Source: Pseudobdellovibrionaceae bacterium (GTDB taxonomy: Bacteria > Bdellovibrionota > Bdellovibrionia > Bdellovibrionales > Bdellovibrionaceae). Taken from it: a stretch of DNA of 47,805 nt. Made by a program: the position numbers and the translations under genes. This document shows positions 42,523 through 47,805 of the stretch, piece by piece (within the stretch, counting starts at the first letter, position 1; every line of letters starts with the position of its first letter). Location: NCBI GenBank assembly GCA_947374445.1, contig CANCBY010000001.1, positions 1 to 47,805 on the forward strand. Direction: 5' to 3'. The notes under the pieces were generated by a model that worked only from the letters and a program-made list of their open reading frames with translations, did no database searches and was not told the DNA's origin.

Positions 42523-43788
42523 TTAAATTTCGCGGAGTGAATTTAGAATTGGCTTGCGCTCAAGCCAAATAATGGCAATTCCGCTCATGCCAAGTGTCAT
42601 AAATGCGGTCATAAGCCAGACCAAAGCGCTTTCAGAAAGGACGAATTGCTGCAGGCCAAAGGCCGGAAGGCTTTCATGGAGGTGGCTCCATAGAATTGGG
42701 AATAATAGAGCTTCAAAAAGAGCGCTGAGTAAAATTGAAAATCCGCCTATCAAAAGACCTTCAAATAGCAGCCAAGCGCGAACTTCGAAACGGGATGTGC
42801 CTAAAGCTCTTAAGATGGCCACCTGGCTCTCAAGGCTGCGAAAACGAAAAGCTAAAGTCACGCCAACGCTGAGGCCAGCAAGAAGAAGGATCAAAAACTC
42901 AAAGCCCCAGCCAATCTCTTCACTCGTGCCCAATAATGATTTTAATTTTTGCGTCTCATCTTCAACGCGAATGGCTTGGGTGACAGTGCGTTGGTTGATC
43001 AGAGTTTGCAAGCTTTGCCAGCCATGGGGCTTTAACTGGATCAGAAAATAATGGAGGACATCAGGCCCCCAAGATTCAGCCAGCCGAGGTTGCTGAGCAA
43101 AAATCTTTTGCGCTGTCGAAAGATCAGTAATGCCAATCGAGTCCCAGAAGAGTTCAGTCGGTGCCAAAATACCGGAGACCCTGAGGTTTATTTCGATTTT
43201 GGTTTTTACATTTTCAGGAAGCCACGACTCAGATTTAAGTGTGTCGCCCAAACGGAGATTGTGGTCGATCGCAAATTGTGATCCCACTGCGATTTCACCT
43301 TCAAGCTGCGGAGCTTGACCCTCTTTAAAATGCCATGGCTTTGGTGAGTGGCTCCAAAAACTGGAATCAGTAGCGAGAATTCGATTCTTTTTCTCACTAA
43401 TAGTTTGCGCGAAAAAAACGATAGGCGTGATAGTCTCAATAAATTGGGGGTCCGCATTGACGCCGTCTTCAAAGTGCACAGGCTGACGAACCTTTAATGA
43501 CTGAAAAAGCTTCCAAGGCACATAATCAGGCAAGGGGCCTTCGCCGCCGAGACTGTTCATAAGAATTTCAATGCCACCAGCTTTGGCGCCAACGACGGCT
43601 TCATAGCTTAGATCCAATTTTTGCAATCTTGATTGTGAGATCAAATTCAGTTTGTAAAGTAAGTTGCCGCAAAAAGCAGACAACGCAATAGCGATGACAG
43701 CGATAAGGGCTGAGCCCCACTTGCGACGAATGTGCAACCAAGCCAGCAAAAAACTTTTTTTCATGTTTTGGCGCCTTGTGATTGCCAA
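42523..43788 (-). CDS. ABC transporter permease (FtsX/MacB/LolE-like)
   Basis: N-terminal TM, large periplasmic loop, three C-terminal TMs including the FtsX-type LRALGTSRFEV segment. Overlaps the ATPase gene by 28 nt. Confidence 0.8.
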   Translation of the reverse strand: MAITRRQNMKKSFLLAWLHIRRKWGSALIAVIAIALSAFCGNLLYKLNLISQSRLQKLDLSYEAVVGAKAGGIEILMNSLGGEGPLPDYVPWKLFQSLKVRQPVHFEDGVNADPQFIETITPIVFFAQTISEKKNRILATDSSFWSHSPKPWHFKEGQAPQLEGEIAVGSQFAIDHNLRLGDTLKSESWLPENVKTKIEINLRVSGILAPTELFWDSIGITDLSTAQKIFAQQPRLAESWGPDVLHYFLIQLKPHGWQSLQTLINQRTVTQAIRVEDETQKLKSLLGTSEEIGWGFEFLILLLAGLSVGVTLAFRFRSLESQVAILRALGTSRFEVRAWLLFEGLLIGGFSILLSALFEALLFPILWSHLHESLPAFGLQQFVLSESALVWLMTAFMTLGMSGIAIIWLERKPILNSLREI

Positions 43789-44411
43789 TCTCGAAAGTCG
43801 ATGACTTTGTCAAACAGGGGCTTGAGCCTCAGATCATGACTGACGACAACGAGTGTTTGTTTGTGTCCTGGGTTGATCAGGGTTTTGATTAATTGTGTGG
43901 CATTCTCTTCATCCAGGCTAGAAGTGGGCTCGTCAGCTAAGATAATTTTTGGTTTTTTGAACTGAGCTCTGGCAACGGCAACCCTTTGTTGTTCGCCAAG
44001 ACTCAGAGTTGATGAGAGTTGCTGGGTTTTTTCGCCAAGTCCCAGTTGAGCTAAGGCTTTGTCGGCCTCTTGTTGTGTTTTCGTCTGATCAAAAAGCCAG
44101 ATATTCTCGCTCGATGTCAGGTGATTGATAAGGTTCAGTCTTTGAAATACAAAGCCTAAATTTTCTCTGCGGAAAAGCGTCAGATTCTTTTCAGAGATCT
44201 TTTGTAGGCTAAGATCATCCCATTTGACTTCGCCTGATTGGGGCTGCAAAAGTCCTGAGATCAAGTGTAAAAATGTGGACTTTCCGGAGCCTGAAGGACC
44301 AAAGATCAAAGTCTTTGAGTTTTCGCTCAATTCAAGGCGAGGAATCTCAAAAAGCAAGTTTTTGCCGTCAACCGTGGCCTTTAAATTATGAAGCGATAGC
44401 TGCATGAGCAA
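43761..44411 (-). CDS. ABC transporter ATP-binding protein
   Basis: Walker A GPSGSGKST, Q-loop, signature LSLGEQQRVAVARA, Walker B IILADEPTSSLD, H-loop VVSHD. Confidence 0.9.
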   Translation of the reverse strand: MLMQLSLHNLKATVDGKNLLFEIPRLELSENSKTLIFGPSGSGKSTFLHLISGLLQPQSGEVKWDDLSLQKISEKNLTLFRRENLGFVFQRLNLINHLTSSENIWLFDQTKTQQEADKALAQLGLGEKTQQLSSTLSLGEQQRVAVARAQFKKPKIILADEPTSSLDEENATQLIKTLINPGHKQTLVVVSHDLRLKPLFDKVIDFRDWQSQGAKT

Positions 44412-44518
44412 AGTCTTTCATGTGATTTGTATCTTGGCATCCAAAAAAACAAACCAACTTAAAGTTTAGCCATTAAAAAAACTCGTCTTTCGCTGTGAGT
44501 TGTGATTAATTCTCGGCC

Positions 44519-45574
44519 ATGCTCAAAATCGAAAAAAACAATCAGCCTAAAGTCAAACCTCCTGTCAAAGAACTTGGTTTTGGTAAGTATTTTTCCGATC
44601 ACATGTTTCAGGCGACATTCACTCTAGGTGAGGGCTGGCACTCGGCTAAAATCACTCCTTATCAGGCGCTTCAGATCGAGCCCGGAGCTTCGGCTCTACA
44701 TTACGGGCAGGCTCTATTTGAAGGTATGAAAGCCTTCCGGCAAACCAACGGAGATTGTGTTCTTTTTAGGCCTGAGTTCAATTGTAGAAGATTGGCCGAT
44801 GGAGCCGAAAGACTTTGTATGGTTGCTCCGCCTCAGGAGCTGATGCTCGAAGGTATTCGTGAGCTTGTAAAGATCGATCGTGATTGGATTCCTAGTTCAC
44901 GAGGGGCTTCGCTTTATTTGCGTCCTACCTTGATCGGTACAGAATCCTTTTTGGGAGTGCGTCCTGCCGAAGAATACTTATTTTTTGTGATCTGTTCGCC
45001 TGTCGCTTCATATTATGCAGAGGGCACAGCGCCGATTAAGATTTGGGTTGAAGAGACCTACATTCGCGCAGCGCCTGGAGGCCTCGGTGCCACAAAAGCC
45101 GGAGCGAACTATGCGGCAAGCCTCAAGGCTGCTTACCAAGCCAAGCAGAGAGGTTATGCTCAAGTGCTTTGGCAAGACGTGGGCCACGAGTATGTTGAAG
45201 AAGTCGGCACAATGAATGTGTTTTTTGTTTTTGAAAATGAAGTGGTCACACCAAAACTTGATGGATCGATTCTGCCAGGTGGAGTGCGTGACTCGGTTTT
45301 GACACTACTTAAAAAGTTCAATATCCCTGTGAATGAGCGCAAGCTTTCAATGAAAGAAGTGTGCAGTGCCTACGAAACGGGCAAGCTCAAAGAAGTGTTC
45401 GGAACTGGAACCGCAGCCGTGATTTCACCTGTTGGCGAGCTTTCGTCGCCGCATTACAAGATGGTCATCAATGAAGGCAAGACCGGTCCTTTGGCGCAAC
45501 GGCTTTATGATGCGATCACTGGAATTCAATATGGCGACCAACCAGACACTTTTGGCTGGAACCATAAGTTTTAA
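44519..45574 (+). CDS. ilvE: branched-chain amino acid aminotransferase (class IV, long form)
   Basis: FGKYFSDHMF, ALHYGQALFEGMKAFR, SLYLRP, TKAGANYAASL, EEVGTMNVFFV, FGTGTAAVISPV. Confidence 0.9.
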   Translation: MLKIEKNNQPKVKPPVKELGFGKYFSDHMFQATFTLGEGWHSAKITPYQALQIEPGASALHYGQALFEGMKAFRQTNGDCVLFRPEFNCRRLADGAERLCMVAPPQELMLEGIRELVKIDRDWIPSSRGASLYLRPTLIGTESFLGVRPAEEYLFFVICSPVASYYAEGTAPIKIWVEETYIRAAPGGLGATKAGANYAASLKAAYQAKQRGYAQVLWQDVGHEYVEEVGTMNVFFVFENEVVTPKLDGSILPGGVRDSVLTLLKKFNIPVNERKLSMKEVCSAYETGKLKEVFGTGTAAVISPVGELSSPHYKMVINEGKTGPLAQRLYDAITGIQYGDQPDTFGWNHKF

Positions 45575-45588
45575 ATAAAAGTTTTATT

Positions 45589-46542
45589 TTATTCCTCAAG
45601 CTCAAAAGGCAAAACCTGGCGTGGCCCTTTGCGCTCCGGGTGCAGCTCATAGTGGTGAGCACAGTTTTTTGAACAGGTATCTTTGATCCAAACCTTCTCC
45701 GCGCAGTCTTCACAAATCAATGTGTGAGTGTCGCAGCGTTTGCAATCGATTTGAGTCTTTGCGGGTTGGCCACAATGAGGGCAAAGATCATACTGTTTTG
45801 ACGGCTGGAGCTGTTGATCCACAGCCACGCGGTGGTCGAAAACAAAGCATTCACCTTCAAACTGATCGTTCGGAAATTGCTCGATATAATTTAGAATTCC
45901 ACCATCGAGTTGGTAGACATTGTCAAAGCCCTGCCGCTGAAGTTCGAGAATCCCTTTTTCGCAGCGGATTCCACCTGTGCAAAAAATCAAAGTTTTTTTA
46001 TCCTTCGAGAAGTTATTTTTTTCCATGAACTCTGGGAACTCTGTGAACTTGTCCGTGCGTGGGTTGATAGCGCCCTTAAATGTTCCGATTTTGGTTTCGT
46101 ACCAATTGCGCGTGTCAATAATGACGTAGTCATCTTCTTCTTTCATCACCTTGTTCCATTCGGCAGGCGATAAATGATGATTTTTTCCGACAGTGGGCTG
46201 AAGTTCTGGAGTGCCAAGTGTCACTATCTCTTCTCTGATTTTGACCTTGAATCGACGAAAGGGCGCGGTTTCAGAGACAGAATTTTTAAAGTGGAGGTTA
46301 GGGTCAGATGTGAGTGTTCTGATATAGGTTTTGAATGACTCAAGTCCTTCTTGGCTTGATGAGCTCACCGTCGAGTTGATGCCTTCAGATCCAAGGATAA
46401 TAAGCCCTTTGACATTGAGTCGGCTTGCCGTGCTCTCTAGCTCTAGTTTGGTTGCATCGGGGTCAGCAATTTTGAAAAACTTGTAAAAGGTGGTGATGTA
46501 ATAAGTTTTAGATTCAGGCTGGGCCTGTGTGTTCGTGTTCAT
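45589..46542 (-). CDS. trhO: rhodanese-domain protein, UPF0176/YceA family (tRNA uridine-34 hydroxylase TrhO-like)
   Basis: FYKF...GLIILGSEGINSTVS N-domain. Rhodanese active-site loop FCTGGIRCEKG. Cys-rich C-terminal tail. Confidence 0.8.
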   Translation of the reverse strand: MNTNTQAQPESKTYYITTFYKFFKIADPDATKLELESTASRLNVKGLIILGSEGINSTVSSSSQEGLESFKTYIRTLTSDPNLHFKNSVSETAPFRRFKVKIREEIVTLGTPELQPTVGKNHHLSPAEWNKVMKEEDDYVIIDTRNWYETKIGTFKGAINPRTDKFTEFPEFMEKNNFSKDKKTLIFCTGGIRCEKGILELQRQGFDNVYQLDGGILNYIEQFPNDQFEGECFVFDHRVAVDQQLQPSKQYDLCPHCGQPAKTQIDCKRCDTHTLICEDCAEKVWIKDTCSKNCAHHYELHPERKGPRQVLPFELEE

Positions 46543-46666
46543 TCGCCGACTCCTTTGGGCTCCAAACCCAATGCCAGAAAGTGTTCATTTTCTAATTTTA
46601 TTGAAAATCTATTGCGGTGTATAACTCCTGTCTTTTCCCTCTGTCAAAGGCTTTAATGCGCCTCTT

Positions 46667-47805
46667 ATGTTGTTAACAGGTCCATCCGTCTCTGAAATTC
46701 ATCGCCGTCGAACTTTTGCCATCATTTCTCATCCCGATGCAGGTAAAACCACACTCACTGAAAAGTTGCTTTATCATGGCGGAGCTATCCATGAAACGGG
46801 CGAGGTCAAAGGAAAGTCGGGCACCAAAGCTGTGACTTCGGATTGGATGGAGCTTGAGCGCCAAAAAGGGATCTCGATCACCTCTAGCGTGATGACTTTT
46901 GATTACGATAAATTGCGTATCAACTTGCTCGATACTCCAGGACATAAAGATTTCTCCGAAGATACTTACCGAGTTTTGATGGCCGTTGATTCAGCGTGCA
47001 TGTTGATTGACGTGGCCAAAGGTGTCGAGGAACGAACCAAAAAATTGTACGATGTTTGTCGTTACCGGCAAGTGCCAATTTTTACTTACGTCAACAAGCT
47101 CGATCGCGAGGGCAAAGAGCCTTTGACCTTGATTGACGAAATTGAACAAACACTGCAGATGCAATGCTATCCTCTGACTTGGCCCATCGGCATTGGTAAT
47201 CGATTTGCTGGAATTTACAATCGTCTGACCAAGCAAGTGATGCTCTATGATCAACGCCGCGAAGGCGATGAAGTTCAATATTTTGATTTTGCCGACGACG
47301 CCTGGAAAGCTCATGTTCGCCCCGAAGTGGTTGAGCAAACTTTGCAAGAGTTAGAGCTTGTTGAAGGCGTCTTGCCACCCTTTGATGTGAATGAGTTTTT
47401 GGCAGGCAAAATCAGCCCCGTGACTTTCGGTTCGGCTAAGCAAAACTTTGGTGTAGATACATTTTTGAAATTCTTTTGTGAATTTGCACCAGGTCCTCAA
47501 GCGCGCACAACTAAATCTGGCGATCGCATCGATCCCGTGGATCAAAATTTTTCAGGGTTCGTTTTTAAAATCCAAGCCAACATGGACCGCAGGCACCGCG
47601 ATCGCATCGCTTTTATTCGTATCTGTTCTGGTAAGTTTGAGCGGGGAATGAAGATCAAACACATGCGTTCAGAAAAAGATTTAAGACTCTCTTACTCGAG
47701 CCAATTTATGGCCGCAGACAAACAGACTGTGGATGAGGCCTTTGCGGGTGACATTGTCGGTGTGGCGGACACAGGTCATTTTGCAATTGGCGACAGTGTG
47801 GCGAC
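46667..47805 (+). CDS. prfC: peptide chain release factor 3 (GTPase), 5' portion; runs off the window end
   Basis: Not in the ORF track because it has no stop in the window. ATG 46667 leads to MLLTGPSVSEIHRRRTFAIISHPDAGKTTLTEKLLYHGGAI...DWMELERQKGISITSSVM...LLDTPGHKDFSEDTYR...TYVNKLDR: G1-G4 motifs with an RF3-specific context. Confidence 0.93.
   Translation, partial: MLLTGPSVSEIHRRRTFAIISHPDAGKTTLTEKLLYHGGAIHETGEVKGKSGTKAVTSDWMELERQKGISITSSVMTFDYDKLRINLLDTPGHKDFSEDTYRVLMAVDSACMLIDVAKGVEERTKKLYDVCRYRQVPIFTYVNKLDREGKEPLTLIDEIEQTLQMQCYPLTWPIGIGNRFAGIYNRLTKQVMLYDQRREGDEVQYFDFADDAWKAHVRPEVVEQTLQELELVEGVLPPFDVNEFLAGKISPVTFGSAKQNFGVDTFLKFFCEFAPGPQARTTKSGDRIDPVDQNFSGFVFKIQANMDRRHRDRIAFIRICSGKFERGMKIKHMRSEKDLRLSYSSQFMAADKQTVDEAFAGDIVGVADTGHFAIGDSVA

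Noticed and set aside
42554-43318. 165-aa, 76-aa and 62-aa plus-strand ORFs.
   Set aside because: Antisense to the FtsX-type permease. Arg/Ser/Pro-rich junk composition.
46673-47545. Four minus-strand ORFs (64-118 aa) listed in the track.
   Set aside because: All are antisense to the unmistakable prfC reading frame. prfC is missing from the track only because it runs off the window end.
1-47805. CRISPR arrays, IS elements/transposases, rRNA genes.
   Set aside because: I found no regularly spaced 25-40-bp direct repeats, no transposase-like ORFs or terminal inverted repeats, and no rRNA-like conserved blocks while reading both strands.

Overview
This is a 47.8-kb chromosomal window from a moderately AT-rich Gram-negative bacterium. 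Many products carry signal peptides, and there is an MCP, an ECF sigma factor and an outer-membrane barrel. The lineage cannot be fixed from sequence alone; Bdellovibrionota/Oligoflexia-like is only a guess. I support about 48 protein genes and one tRNA-His. I see no rRNA, CRISPR array, transposase or integrase. The most unusual content is a purine-to-malate catabolic supercluster at about 24.9-40.2 kb. It holds xdhABC, uraH (HIU hydrolase), a membrane cytochrome-c urate hydroxylase (PuuD type) and one uninterrupted 1564-aa ORF. That ORF fuses a malate-synthase-like domain, an OHCU decarboxylase, a beta-lactamase-fold serine hydrolase with an intact SxxK/YxN/HxG triad, and a two-repeat allantoicase. 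No canonical allantoinase or ureidoglycolate lyase is visible in the window, so the serine-hydrolase module is a candidate for an undescribed ureide-pathway activity. Other notable items follow. (1) An ECF sigma, anti-sigma, Gly/Gln/poly-Pro secreted protein, ovoA, ovoB-like lyase and GH14 beta-amylase form a co-directional string. (2) A 1.7-kb AT-rich islet sits in the 3' end of tRNA-His, bounded by a perfect 17-bp direct repeat, and carries a BrnT/BrnA toxin-antitoxin pair and a DUF2891-like gene. (3) An RNase HI domain is fused to a zinc ribbon and a CFxATA-motif module. (4) A bacterial PRMT-like methyltransferase is present. (5) A secreted HNH-like nuclease ORF has no ATG/GTG/TTG start and apparently begins at AUC. 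(6) A PAS gene needs a +1 frameshift to reach an ATGA-coupled stop at the start of an AAA+ ATPase. (7) A small secreted protein consists of three Cys-containing repeats. All functional calls come from motif recognition by eye; no database search was run.
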